Source: Pseudodesulfovibrio piezophilus C1TLV30
GTDB lineage: Bacteria > Desulfobacterota > Desulfovibrionia > Desulfovibrionales > Desulfovibrionaceae
Length of the DNA: 32,000 bases
NCBI RefSeq assembly: GCF_000341895.1
Contig: NC_020409.1
Coordinates: 2,490,001-2,522,000, forward strand
Direction of reading: 5' to 3'
Both the position numbers and the translations under genes were made by a program. Below are positions 16,852 to 26,329 of this stretch, one piece after another (positions within the stretch are counted from its first letter, which is position 1; each line of letters starts with the position of its first letter). Under the pieces are notes generated by a model, which worked only from the letters and a program-made list of their open reading frames with translations, ran no database searches and was not told the origin of the DNA.

Positions 16852-18126
16852 TTATCTTACCTCAAGCAGGGCGCTATAAAAGAATTCGCCCAACGGGGAT
16901 TCCGGCGGGGTGGTCCATTCTCTTTTCAAGGTTGCTTCCGGGTATTTTTTCAAGAAACGGGCAGTCAGCCGTTCATTTTCATCCGGGTTGAGCGTGCAGG
17001 TGATGAGAGCGATTCTGCCACCTCGTTTGACGCGCTGGGCTGCATTATCCAGAATCTCGGCCTGGAGTTTGATCAGGTCGTCGAGGTCCTTTGTCTTGCG
17101 TTTCCATTTGGTGTCGGGTCTGCGCGACAAAACACCGAGGCCCGAGCAGGGCAGGTCGAGCAGAATGGTTCCCGGTTCATGCGGGGGAACAGCCGTGGCT
17201 GCATTGGCTTCAAAAACCGTCACTCCGGGGAGTTCCTTCTGAAGAGCCGAGAGTCTCCCGGTATGAGGGTCCGAGGCAAAGACCTTGAGTCCTTTTTCCA
17301 ATAAAATACGGGTTTTCCCACCCCGTCCTGCACATGCATCCCAGACCGGGCCGGACCATGTCTCCGGGTCCAGAGCTTCGATCGCCTGTCGCGCGGCAAA
17401 GGATTGGCGGGCCAGAGGCGGGTCGGGTTCCTCCTCAAACGATGTTCCGGCCGGGAGGGCGAAGCTGAAACCTTCTATATCGAGAATTTCCGGTGCCCCA
17501 GCGAGGTCTGTAAAAATTTCGTCAGCGTCAGGATGGCCGAAGAGGTTGATTCCCATGGCAGGAGGTCCGGTTTGGGCCTCCAGATATTTGATGGCCTTGT
17601 CTTCTCCGTAAGTCACCCACCAGAGATCCACAATCCATTGTGGGCAGGAATACCATCGTGTGAGGAATTCCGGGAGCGATGCGTCCTTGCGGTAGAAATC
17701 CTTATCGTGGGCTTGGTCGCCGAGTTCGGAAATGCGTCGCAGGACCGCATTGAAGAGCCCTGATAAACGTGCGCCGGGTTTGGTCTTGGAAAATTCCACG
17801 GCCCAGTCCACTGAGGCATAGGCCGGGACTTTGTCCAGAAAAAGAATTTCATAGACGGCAACACCCATGGCAAGGCGCATTTTGGGCGACAGTTTTCCGG
17901 GGTCCTTGAGAAATCGTGACAGGACATACTCTATCCGGCCTTTCAGGCGGAGATAGCCATAACTCAGTTGTGTGGCGAGGCCAGCGTCGCGCGGGTCAAT
18001 CGTCCCTGATGACAGGGCGACATCCAGGGCAGCCTGAATGTCCTGCCTGGAAAAAAGGCAGCGATAAAGTGCTTCGAGCGCCACCCGTCTCGCCGGAGGC
18101 AGGGGCTTGGGGGAACGTGCTTTCAT
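16852..18126 (-). CDS. rsmB: 16S rRNA (cytosine-C5)-methyltransferase RsmB (Sun/NOL1/NOP2 family)
   Basis: It has a NusB-like N-terminal domain, the SAM motif DACAGRGGKT, and catalytic Cys motifs DLPCSGLG and ITCTLNPDENE. Confidence 0.9.
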   Translation of the reverse strand: MKARSPKPLPPARRVALEALYRCLFSRQDIQAALDVALSSGTIDPRDAGLATQLSYGYLRLKGRIEYVLSRFLKDPGKLSPKMRLAMGVAVYEILFLDKVPAYASVDWAVEFSKTKPGARLSGLFNAVLRRISELGDQAHDKDFYRKDASLPEFLTRWYSCPQWIVDLWWVTYGEDKAIKYLEAQTGPPAMGINLFGHPDADEIFTDLAGAPEILDIEGFSFALPAGTSFEEEPDPPLARQSFAARQAIEALDPETWSGPVWDACAGRGGKTRILLEKGLKVFASDPHTGRLSALQKELPGVTVFEANAATAVPPHEPGTILLDLPCSGLGVLSRRPDTKWKRKTKDLDDLIKLQAEILDNAAQRVKRGGRIALITCTLNPDENERLTARFLKKYPEATLKREWTTPPESPLGEFFYSALLEVR

Positions 18127-18283
18127 GCTCCCTGCATACTCTTTGTTATACCATGCTGCAAGCGACGGTTTTGTGTCTTTTCTGATATTTTAGAGAGTGC
18201 ACAGTAGTCAGCAGTCTTTTTTTCATGAAAAGAGACTGCGCAGAAGAAAATGAATTTATGGTTTAACGAATAAAAAGAGAGTT

Positions 18284-20509
18284 TTATCGCGAGCACGCAC
18301 GAATAAGACGAATCAGTTCATAAGAGTATTTGGCATCAAGGGCCTCGTAGGTTGGTGAGAGGGCGACGATTCCTTTTTCTTTGAATTCGCGGAGTGTGTC
18401 GCGGATAAGGGATACTTCGATTTCCGGCAGGTTGGCGATCTGTTTGTAGTCTATCAGTCGCAATTGAGCAGCCTGTGTCAGATGTCGCCAAATGGAAGCG
18501 GGCTTGAGAGAACGGCGTTCTGCCACGGCGTCTATATCGCCAAGCTGAAAATAAAGATCCAGGGATTCCTGGGCGGTGGCAGGGAATTCTTTTTGTTTCT
18601 GTTTCTTTTTTTCGCGCTGTTCTGCCCTGTCAGCAGGGAGAGGGGGCGTCTTTGCCGGGCGGCCGTAGTTCTCTTCGTGGATATTCAAGCTCGTGAGGAA
18701 TATTTGGCCGAAACGGTCGAGTTTGACTTCGCCGACGCCGGATATGCATCCAAAGGAGTCCAGGTCCTGTGGGCGATATTTGACGAGTTCCAAGAGGGTT
18801 TTGTCCGGGAAAATGGCATAGGGTGGAACCCCCTGTTCCTCAGCGATAGAGAGTCGTAAGTCACGCAGGGAGTTGAAAAGAGCTTCGGTTTCCCAGTCCG
18901 TGAGAATATCGTCGGCAGCGATGCTGGAACGGGTCTTTTTTGTCCTGGTCTTTTTGGGAAGGGCCGGGTCGGTGCGGAAGCGGATTTCCTTTTCTCCTTT
19001 GAGCACCGGCCATGAACGGGCGTTGAGAGTCAGGGCGTTGAACCGTTCAGTATCAACGGAGACGAGACCGCTGGCCAGCAGTTGGCGGTAGACAGATTTC
19101 CATTGGTTTTGATCCAGTTCCGTCCCGATACCGAAAGTGGAAATGTGGTCATGGCCGAAGCGTTGTATCTGGTCCGTCGTTTTGCCGACCAGAACCTGAG
19201 TCAGATAGTTGACGCCGAATCGTTGTTCCGTCCGATAGATATTGGAGAGCGCTTTTTGTGCGGCGACGGTCCCATCCCATGTCTCCACGGGAGACGTGCA
19301 ATTGTCACAGTTACCGCATGGCTCGATATCCTCACCGAAGTAACCGAGGAGGGTTTGGCGGCGGCAAGTGGCGGTTTCAAGGTAGGCGAACATGGAACCG
19401 AGTTTGGAGACCTCGACCCGTTTCCGTTGATCATTGGCTTCCCCAGAGTCGATCATGGCGCGCAGGATGGCAATATCCTGCATACCATAGCACATCCAGG
19501 CAGAGGCCGGGAGGCCATCCCGCCCGGCGCGACCTGTCTCCTGGTGGTATGCTTCCAGGGATTTGGGAGGCTCCAGGTGGCAGACAAAGCGGACATTGGG
19601 TTTGTCCACACCCATACCGAAGGCCACGGTAGCGACCATGATGACGCCCTCTTCACGCATGAATCGTTCCTGGTTGTCGTGCCGTTCTCGCGGGGAGAGT
19701 CCTGCATGGTACGGGAGCGCATTCAATCCTTTTTCCTTGAGAAAAGCCGCTGTTTTGTCGACTTTTTTTCGGCTCAGTCGATAGACTATCCCTGCATCTC
19801 CGGAATGGTTTTCCTCAATGAACCGCAGGAGCATTTTTCGCCCGTTGTTTTTGGGCAGGATGGTGTAGGATATATTGGGACGATCAAACCCGGTGGCAAA
19901 GACGCCAGCTTGCTCCAGATGAAGATTGGCCACAATATCGCGCTGGGTCGGTTCGTCGGCCGTGGCTGTGAGGGCCAGTCTGGGGACATTCGGAAATCGA
20001 TCCCGCAGGATGGAAAGTTGCATGTATTCCGGCCGGAAGTCGTGCCCCCATTGGGAGACACAGTGCGCTTCGTCAATGGCAAAGAGGCAGGGATTGCAGC
20101 GGTTAAGAAAGTCCAGGAAGCCAGGTTTGAAGAGGCGCTCCGGGGCGATGTAGAGAATGTCGAGTTGGCCTGTCTCCAGTCGATATTCCACGTCTCTTGC
20201 GGTGTGTGGGTCAAGAGAGGAATTGAGGCACGCGGCACGGACTCCCATTTGCGTCAATCCCTGTACCTGATCCTGCATGAGGGCGATCAGCGGAGAAACA
20301 CAGATGCCGACTCCCTGTCTGAGCATGGAGGGGATCTGATAGCACAGGGATTTCCCTCCACCAGTGGGCATGAGAACGAGAGAGTCGCCACCTCTCATGA
20401 CATTGTTAATAACAGGCTCCTGAAGGCCGATGAATTTGTTGAAGCCGAAGACTGTTTGCAGGATGTCGTTGGGGGCCTGAGGAATGGTTGGGTGAGGAGA
20501 TGCTGTCAT
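18284..20509 (-). CDS. recQ: ATP-dependent DNA helicase RecQ with HRDC and an extra C-terminal helical/HTH-like extension
   Basis: Motifs present are Walker [32 protein letters not shown] and the Zn-binding CRRQ...CGNCDNC, plus an HRDC-like segment. I chose the ATG at 20509 (MTASPHP); the start is uncertain because no clear RBS is visible. Confidence 0.88.
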   Translation of the reverse strand: MTASPHPTIPQAPNDILQTVFGFNKFIGLQEPVINNVMRGGDSLVLMPTGGGKSLCYQIPSMLRQGVGICVSPLIALMQDQVQGLTQMGVRAACLNSSLDPHTARDVEYRLETGQLDILYIAPERLFKPGFLDFLNRCNPCLFAIDEAHCVSQWGHDFRPEYMQLSILRDRFPNVPRLALTATADEPTQRDIVANLHLEQAGVFATGFDRPNISYTILPKNNGRKMLLRFIEENHSGDAGIVYRLSRKKVDKTAAFLKEKGLNALPYHAGLSPRERHDNQERFMREEGVIMVATVAFGMGVDKPNVRFVCHLEPPKSLEAYHQETGRAGRDGLPASAWMCYGMQDIAILRAMIDSGEANDQRKRVEVSKLGSMFAYLETATCRRQTLLGYFGEDIEPCGNCDNCTSPVETWDGTVAAQKALSNIYRTEQRFGVNYLTQVLVGKTTDQIQRFGHDHISTFGIGTELDQNQWKSVYRQLLASGLVSVDTERFNALTLNARSWPVLKGEKEIRFRTDPALPKKTRTKKTRSSIAADDILTDWETEALFNSLRDLRLSIAEEQGVPPYAIFPDKTLLELVKYRPQDLDSFGCISGVGEVKLDRFGQIFLTSLNIHEENYGRPAKTPPLPADRAEQREKKKQKQKEFPATAQESLDLYFQLGDIDAVAERRSLKPASIWRHLTQAAQLRLIDYKQIANLPEIEVSLIRDTLREFKEKGIVALSPTYEALDAKYSYELIRLIRACSR

Positions 20510-20678
20510 GGTGCGCGAGGGTAGGCCAAAGCCGGACAGTTGGCAACGTGGAGACTGTGGCGGCAGAGCCTCGGGGGGCAAGGAACGCTGTTTTTTGGAA
20601 TAACCATATTGCCTAAACTTTTTTTTTCTGCGATTTTCCTATAACTAAAGTCTTTTTATCATACCATGAGGGGATTGG

Positions 20679-23027
20679 ATGACCGCGAAAGAAAAGAATG
20701 CTCAGACAAAGCTGGAGCGAGCGCTTGCAAAGGCCGAGGCACGTATTCGGGAGCTTGAGTCGCGGTTGAAGTTAGAGAACTCGAATGACATGCCGGGAGC
20801 AGAACTTTCCGTGGAACAGAGAGCTGCTCTTCAGGATCACGTTTTTTCCTCCATGAAGAGCGTTCCTTTCTTTTGCCGCAATACCGGAGAATATGACCTT
20901 TTGTATATCGGTGTCAGTGTCGAGGTGGTCACGGGGTTGTCCATGACGCTTTTTTATGAGGACCCGTCCTTGTGGCAGTCCCGGATTCATTCGGAGGACA
21001 GGGATCGGGTGCTCGGCCGTTTTCGTCGTCTGGGGGAGACCAGAGTGACACGGTGTGAATATCGGTGGCAGATAGCGGATAGCAGTTATCGGTGGTTTTG
21101 CATGACCTTGCGATTGGTCCCGTGTGATGAGTTCGGTGATGATGGAACCGAATGTGTCGCCGGTGTTTTTTGGGATATAAACGGCCGCAAAATGACGGAA
21201 AAAGCTCTGCTTGAACGGGAAGAGCGATATCGGACAGTCGCCAACTTCACTCACGATTGGGAGTTCTGGCTCGGCCCTCATGGGATGTTCCTCTATATCT
21301 CACCATCCTTTGAACGGGTGACTGGCTACAAGCCTGAAAAGCTCAAGGAAGACCCTTCGCTTCTCTTCGAGACGATTGTTCATCCGCAGGACAGGGGGGC
21401 TGTTCGGCGCGCCTTGCTTGGTTCGTTGGAATCGGATGAACCTATCAGCCTGGATTTTCGCATCATTACGCGGTCCGGGGATGTCAGGTGGATTGGGCAT
21501 GTTTCTCAGCCTGTGTGGGATGACAAAGGAGATCCTCTGGGGAGAAGAGCCAGCAACAGGGATATCACCGGTTTGAAGGAAACCATGCAGGAGCTACGGG
21601 ACAAAAATCAGTTTATTGATGCCATCATGGATAACTCTCCGGCAGCGATTTATGCCAAGGACGTGGACGGTCGGTATCTTTTTGTCAATGTCCGCTTTAC
21701 TGAAAAAATGCATAGGCCGGATCATGAACTCCTTGGCAAGACTGACTTCGGGATGTTCAGAAATGATTTGGCCGAACAGTTTCAGGAGGGCGACAAAGTC
21801 GTTCTGAAAACCCGTCAGCCGTTGTTTGAGGAGATAACAGTTCCCAATGGTGAGAAGACGGAGCACTGGACATCAACCAAGTTCCCCCTGCTGAGTGCGG
21901 AAGGAAATATTCTTGGAGTGTGTGGTATATCGCTGGATGTCACTGATTGGCGGGAGGCCGAGGTTCGCTTGAGACAATTGGCTCGGGCTGTGGAACAAAG
22001 TCCGGTTTCCATTGCCATGACCGATACGGCCGGTCGTATCTTTTCGGTGAATCCCTGTTTTGCTTCGACATCTGGCTATTCAGAAGAGGAAATGGTGGGG
22101 CGCAAGCTGGGATTCATGCTCACTGATGAGGATGAACTCTTCTATGATCAGGTTTGGGAGTGTGTCCGGGGAGGAGAAGAGTGGCTTGGTGAAGTCAGAA
22201 ACCGAACGAAATCCGGTGATGTCCTGTGGGAACGGTGTTCCATTTCTCCTGTCCGTGACAGGCATGGCGTGGTCGAGAACTTTGTTGTGGTCAAAAGTGA
22301 TATTACTGAACGAAAGCGTCTGGAGCGGCTGGAGAAGGATGTGGAACGGATCGTCCGGCATGACCTCAAGTCTCCCATCATGTCCTTCATCTGGGTGCCT
22401 CGCACTTTGCGTAAGGCCGAGAATATTACCGAGGAGCAGCGGCTTTTGCTCGGGGACATGGAGCAGGCTGCCCATCGATTGCTCAGAATGGTCAATCTCT
22501 CGCTTGATCTTTTCAAGATGGAAGAAGGAACTTACGAGTTTGCGCCGGAGGATCTTAATATCCTCCGTGTCATTCAGAATGTGATGGTTGACTTGGGCGA
22601 AACCCTGGATCGGCTTCAGGTCTCGATCTCGATTTATATTGATGGGAGGCCGGCCGAGGAAAATGAATGTCTCCTTGTGCAGGGCGAAGAGTTGCTCTGC
22701 CATTCCATGCTCGCCAATCTGGTAAAAAATGCAGTGGAGGCCTCTGAAGCCGGCGATCGGGTAACCATCCATTGTAGTACTGACGAAGAGATGAGCATTG
22801 CCGTTCACAACAAAGCTGTGGTCCCCGACGATATCAGGGAGAGCTTTTTTGAAAAATATGTCACGTCAGGCAAGCGGTTCGGTACCGGGTTGGGGACGTA
22901 TTCGGCACGGCTCATCGCCCTGACGCAGGGGGGCAGAATTGAGATGAAAAGTACTGCTGAGTCCGGGACGACTGTGACGGTCTCTTTCCCGGCACGACCC
23001 TGCCTGGCAGGGGGCACCATGTTTTAA
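20679..23027 (+). CDS. Cytoplasmic multi-PAS/PAC sensor histidine kinase
   Basis: It has an N-terminal coiled coil and no TM segment. Several PAS/PAC-like repeats are present (for example RWIGHVSQPVWD, HWTSTKFPL, LWERCSISPVRD). Kinase motifs are the H-box VRHDLKSPI, N-box LANLVKNAVEA and G2 GTGLGTYSA. GAGGGG lies upstream of the ATG. Confidence 0.9.
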   Translation: MTAKEKNAQTKLERALAKAEARIRELESRLKLENSNDMPGAELSVEQRAALQDHVFSSMKSVPFFCRNTGEYDLLYIGVSVEVVTGLSMTLFYEDPSLWQSRIHSEDRDRVLGRFRRLGETRVTRCEYRWQIADSSYRWFCMTLRLVPCDEFGDDGTECVAGVFWDINGRKMTEKALLEREERYRTVANFTHDWEFWLGPHGMFLYISPSFERVTGYKPEKLKEDPSLLFETIVHPQDRGAVRRALLGSLESDEPISLDFRIITRSGDVRWIGHVSQPVWDDKGDPLGRRASNRDITGLKETMQELRDKNQFIDAIMDNSPAAIYAKDVDGRYLFVNVRFTEKMHRPDHELLGKTDFGMFRNDLAEQFQEGDKVVLKTRQPLFEEITVPNGEKTEHWTSTKFPLLSAEGNILGVCGISLDVTDWREAEVRLRQLARAVEQSPVSIAMTDTAGRIFSVNPCFASTSGYSEEEMVGRKLGFMLTDEDELFYDQVWECVRGGEEWLGEVRNRTKSGDVLWERCSISPVRDRHGVVENFVVVKSDITERKRLERLEKDVERIVRHDLKSPIMSFIWVPRTLRKAENITEEQRLLLGDMEQAAHRLLRMVNLSLDLFKMEEGTYEFAPEDLNILRVIQNVMVDLGETLDRLQVSISIYIDGRPAEENECLLVQGEELLCHSMLANLVKNAVEASEAGDRVTIHCSTDEEMSIAVHNKAVVPDDIRESFFEKYVTSGKRFGTGLGTYSARLIALTQGGRIEMKSTAESGTTVTVSFPARPCLAGGTMF

Positions 23028-23121
23028 TTTTGAGGAATCCCTTTTCTTTTTCATAATGGAAATCCCTCGTCATCTTTATTTGACAAGGGATTTTTCATTA
23101 TCGATAGGTGCTGATTCTATT

Positions 23122-24378
23122 CTATTGAATCGGTGGTTTCGGGAAGTCGGAAAAAAAAGTGTCGGCCCAGGTAAAGGCATGCTGGTAGCTGACAGCCACG
23201 GTTCCGGGCAGAAGCTTGAGGCCTTTGGCCTTGACTCCCACTTCATCCCAGTCTGAATTTTCAATGGCCTGGGCAAGCTCAAGCCAGAGAGAATAGCGAT
23301 TTGTCTTGCCGCACAAGGCTTCCTTGATCTGGTCGTCTACAGGGAGATGATTGACCAGTTTCTCCATATTACTGTCCAGCATGGCGTCGAGCATGGAGAA
23401 CAGGCCGAGCATAAAGAGTTTGTCTGATTCGTCCTCGTAGCCGCCGCCCAGAGCCGCTGTCTCGAACAATTTGGCGCGGTGGGCTGAAAGGTACGCCAGT
23501 TCACTGCTCTTCTCCGATGGTGTGAGATCTGTCAGAATAATCAGACGGAGCCAGTTCCGAATGGGTTTCCAGCCAGCCAGAACCACGGCCTGCCGGATTG
23601 AGGTCACAATGGTGGCAAAACTGAAATTTGCGGAATTGAGAAAGTTGAGAAGTCGGTAGCTGATGGAGACGTCCGCCTCGATAGCTGGAGCAAGAGCGTC
23701 AAAATCAGGTTCTTTTTTTTCAATGATTTCAAAAAGTTTAAATCGTGTTGCTTCGGAAGAAGTGATCTTTCGGCCGGATTCTGTCGAAGGATGTTTAAAG
23801 AAAAAACCGTGGAAAAGAGAGAACCCGGCATTCTTGGCACGCGCATGATCCTCGGCGTTTTCAACCCGTTTTGCGACGATATGGGGTGTGCCGAGAGCCT
23901 TTCCTTTCTCGGCTATGGTGGCAAGATCCGGGTCGTTCTTGTCGGCCATATCCACAATGAGCGTGGAAGCGAATTCCGTTAACCGTTCGCATCCTGGTTT
24001 GCCTTCGAAATTGTTGATGGCCAATTCATAGCCATCTGCTTTGAGGTCTTTCAGGGCCGTGAGCAGTTCTTCCGTGGGGTCGGTGTTTTCTTCAAGAATA
24101 AGTAGCGTGTTGTCCCATGGAACAGCCAGATGTGTGCCGCGTATGATGTCGGCCGGCGTGAAATGGATCAGTAGTTTGGCGTTGTTGCCCGCGATTCCTC
24201 CGCACAAGGGGAGGTTGGCAACAAGGTTCATGGTTGCTTCGGAGTCGTCCGTGAAGATGGCTCGGTCAGCATCGTCGCTGTCCCGAAACAATGTCATGTA
24301 TCCCCACGTATTGTTGTGGGCGTCAAAAATGGGTTGCCTGGCTATGAAAATTGACTGGTATGCTCTGTCTTCACTCAT
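23122..24378 (-). CDS. EAL-like plus HDOD domain signalling protein (YuxH/COG3434 type)
   Basis: The N-terminus has the pattern IARQPIFD...GYMTLFR typical of this EAL subfamily. The C-terminal HDOD-like helices include ISYRLLNFLNSANF and LGLFSMLDAML. I chose the ATG at 24378 (MSEDRAYQ) with GAGGG upstream. Confidence 0.82.
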   Translation of the reverse strand: MSEDRAYQSIFIARQPIFDAHNNTWGYMTLFRDSDDADRAIFTDDSEATMNLVANLPLCGGIAGNNAKLLIHFTPADIIRGTHLAVPWDNTLLILEENTDPTEELLTALKDLKADGYELAINNFEGKPGCERLTEFASTLIVDMADKNDPDLATIAEKGKALGTPHIVAKRVENAEDHARAKNAGFSLFHGFFFKHPSTESGRKITSSEATRFKLFEIIEKKEPDFDALAPAIEADVSISYRLLNFLNSANFSFATIVTSIRQAVVLAGWKPIRNWLRLIILTDLTPSEKSSELAYLSAHRAKLFETAALGGGYEDESDKLFMLGLFSMLDAMLDSNMEKLVNHLPVDDQIKEALCGKTNRYSLWLELAQAIENSDWDEVGVKAKGLKLLPGTVAVSYQHAFTWADTFFSDFPKPPIQ

Positions 24379-24602
24379 ACTGCCCTCATGGTGGTCAAAG
24401 TTACGTATCCCACCGAGACTTTCTCTTTTTTCCCTTCTTGCATCAATAAGTCGAAAGGTTTGAAGCGTCAAGCATGCCCCGGTTGATTTTGTCCCTATCC
24501 CAATTGAGCCTTTCTTCTTCGGGCCGAGTATATTATGGAAGCTCCAGCACAGGTGTATCCGCTTTGCGGATTTTGACATTAGCCATGAAGAAGAGGTGCA
24601 TA

Positions 24603-25406
24603 ATGCATATCGGCAAAGCCATCCGTCTTGAGAGAATTTTCAATCGCAACACTCATCGGACAATTATCGTTCCCATGGATCATGGTGTGACCGTCGGCCC
24701 TATCGCAGGGTTGGAAAAAATGCGGGATACCGTCACCAATCTTGTTGCCGGGGGCGCAAACGCCGGTTTGGTCCATAAGGGCCAGGTCAAGCTCGGGCAT
24801 CGTATGCAGGGGCGTGATTTCGGATGTATCGTTCATTTGTCCGCCGGCACCTGTCTTTCCCCGTTTCCCAATGTGAAAAGATTGGTGACTACGGTGGAAG
24901 AAGCCATACGCCTTGGTGCTGATGGCGTGAGCGTCCATGTGAATTTGGGAGATGAAACCGAAGGCCAGATGCTCAGTGATCTTGGGAGCGTCGCAGCCTC
25001 TGCGTCCGAATGGGGCATGCCCCTCCTGGCCATGGTCTATGCGCGTGGGCCGAAGGTCAGTGACGAATATGCTCCGGATGTGGTTGCCCATTGCGCTCGT
25101 GTGGGAGCGGAACTGGGGGCAGATGTCGTCAAGGTCAATTATCCGGGAGATGCGGATTCCTTTGCCAAGGTAGTGGAATGCGCCTGTGTGCCAGTGGTCA
25201 TCGCCGGGGGAGCCAAGCTTGATTCCACCCGCGATTTTCTCGATATGGTCAGGGTTTCCATTGATGCCGGAGGAGCTGGTCTTTCCGTGGGGCGTAATGT
25301 TTTCCAACATGCCGACCCCACCCGCCTCGTGGAAGTGCTGAATCGCATCGTTCATATGGGGATGACAGTGGATGAATCGCTGGAAGGGTACGAAGATATT
25401 CTCTAG
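24603..25406 (+). CDS. Class I aldolase of the DhnA/FbaB family, most like archaeal-type 2-amino-3,7-dideoxy-D-threo-hept-6-ulosonate (ADH) synthase AroA'
   Basis: Strings shared with my recollection of the ADH synthase family include RLERIFNR, IVPMDHGV, TTVEEAIRLGADGVSVHVN, GAELGADVVKV and VGRNVFQH. I chose the ATG at 24603 with AGAGG upstream. Confidence 0.82.
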   Translation: MHIGKAIRLERIFNRNTHRTIIVPMDHGVTVGPIAGLEKMRDTVTNLVAGGANAGLVHKGQVKLGHRMQGRDFGCIVHLSAGTCLSPFPNVKRLVTTVEEAIRLGADGVSVHVNLGDETEGQMLSDLGSVAASASEWGMPLLAMVYARGPKVSDEYAPDVVAHCARVGAELGADVVKVNYPGDADSFAKVVECACVPVVIAGGAKLDSTRDFLDMVRVSIDAGGAGLSVGRNVFQHADPTRLVEVLNRIVHMGMTVDESLEGYEDIL

Positions 25407-25427
25407 CCAGTGCGAATAAAGATGTTT

Positions 25428-25466
25428 CCTCTCCTGTCGGTTTTTTCGGCAGGAGAGTTTTTTTTG
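25428..25466 (+). terminator. Rho-independent terminator of the aldolase gene
   Basis: The stem cctctcctgtcgg / cggcaggagag has one mismatch and is followed by a T8 run. Confidence 0.7.
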
Positions 25467-25615
25467 CTTTTTCTTTGTGTGTCTTGTTCGTGGCTGCGTT
25501 TTTCGATGTCAGTTCGCGGCACGGCCAGAGCCTCGGAGAGGTGATATCCCTTTTGCCTGAGTTCATCAGCACCGGGAAGCTCCCCTCCAGCCTCACGAAA
25601 GATGAATATGGTTTT

Positions 25616-25631
25616 TGGCACGGTTCCCGCT
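25616..25631 (+). promoter_or_regulatory. Sigma54-like -24/-12 element (TGGCACG-N4-CCGCT)
   Basis: TGGCACGGTTCCCGCT has a perfect -24 half and the canonical GG-N10-GC spacing. The -12 half is CCGC rather than TTGC. It lies in a gene-free spacer pointing towards the palindromic terminator at 25859. Confidence 0.2.
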
Positions 25632-25858
25632 CTCCTTTTCCTTGTGCATGTTTGAATCGTCTATAAATCGATTGACCGATTATAATATCGCTTTGTTGAT
25701 TTATAGATAGGTATTTGAGAGCGGAAAGTCCAATGAAAATCACACTTTTTTAGTACGTAATATGCTATTTTACTTTGATTTTTCCATCAAATAAAATTAC
25801 AGGTTTTTTCATTGTTCGAGCCTTCAATGCATGGTCTTTTTCGATGATAAGCCCGTGG

Positions 25859-25908
25859 ATATGACAAAACGCCCCGTGCAGAATTCTGCACGGGGCGTTT
25901 TGTCATAT
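25859..25908. terminator. Perfect 50-nt palindrome (25-bp arms centred on GAATTC), a hairpin terminator
   Basis: I verified base by base that atatgacaaaacgccccgtgcagaa | ttctgcacggggcgttttgtcatat is perfectly self-complementary. It lies 4 nt downstream of the stop of the minus-strand 135-aa gene, and on the plus strand it is followed by ATTTTT. Confidence 0.75.
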
Positions 25909-25912
25909 ATTT

Positions 25913-26320
25913 TTAGGCCTGGGTGTTGTCTGCCTTGAAGACGAAGAGAGGCAGTCTGGCCAGAACTTCCCAGTTGTCGCCGTTTTTGATGGAAACACTG
26001 ACGTGGTGTTTGCCTTCGGCTTCAACTTTGAGTCCTGGGAGCTGAAAATTCATTTTGTGCAGGGCTGTTTCCGCCGGAGTGATTTCCTGAATGCCGAGCA
26101 GGGTGTCCTGGCCGTCCGGGCCGGTCAGGTTGAGAGACACGGTGAATGGTTGTCCCCCATTCTTTTCCATGTCCCAGAGACTGGCAAAGTATACGGGCGG
26201 CAGGACGGCCGGGAGTTCCGGGACCACGGCGTGTTCAACGGTACGAATGAAGGATGTGGAGCTGGAATCTTTGTCTATGAGCAGGTCCGCGCTCATCAGA
26301 GCATAAACAAGTCTGGGCAT
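25913..26320 (-). CDS. Hypothetical 135-aa cytoplasmic protein, predicted beta-rich; last gene of the repressor operon
   Basis: Its ATG lies 9 nt downstream of the stop of the upstream HEAT-repeat gene. It has no signal peptide and alternating beta-strand-like patterns (FTVSLNLTG, HHVSVSIKNG, LPLFVFKA). I recognise no family. Confidence 0.7.
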   Translation of the reverse strand: MPRLVYALMSADLLIDKDSSSTSFIRTVEHAVVPELPAVLPPVYFASLWDMEKNGGQPFTVSLNLTGPDGQDTLLGIQEITPAETALHKMNFQLPGLKVEAEGKHHVSVSIKNGDNWEVLARLPLFVFKADNTQA

Positions 26321-26329
26321 TGCGCCTCC

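Noticed and set aside
19082-20524. A very long (480 aa) ORF antisense to recQ. Similar long antisense ORFs occur at 1806-2528, 4975-5721, 14377-15159, 22080-22808 and 24579-25355.
   Set aside because: In each case the opposite strand carries unmistakable catalytic motifs (helicase, ABC head, kinase, radical SAM, aldolase). The antisense products are low-complexity and Arg/Gly/Pro-rich with no RBS. These are typical shadow ORFs of a moderately GC-rich genome.
20510-20581. Extended N-terminus of RecQ from the ORF-track start at 20581.
   Set aside because: It is a non-ATG start that adds a Pro-rich 24-aa extension not found in RecQ cores, so I preferred the first ATG (20509). The start remains uncertain because no clear RBS is visible.
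23033-23093. Repeated AAATCCCT/GGAATCCCT motifs, two direct and one inverted, between the convergent kinase and EAL-HDOD genes.
   Set aside because: They are most simply explained as a weak bidirectional terminator hairpin (an 8-bp stem with an 18-nt loop). The repeats are too short and too few to call a repeat element.
25249-25743. Minus-strand ORFs (164 aa and 72 aa) and a plus-strand 63-aa ORF within the spacer after the aldolase gene.
   Set aside because: The two minus-strand ORFs run through the aldolase terminator hairpin and into the aldolase coding sequence. The 72-aa minus-strand ORF and the plus-strand ORF start at GTG. None has an RBS, and their composition is not protein-like.
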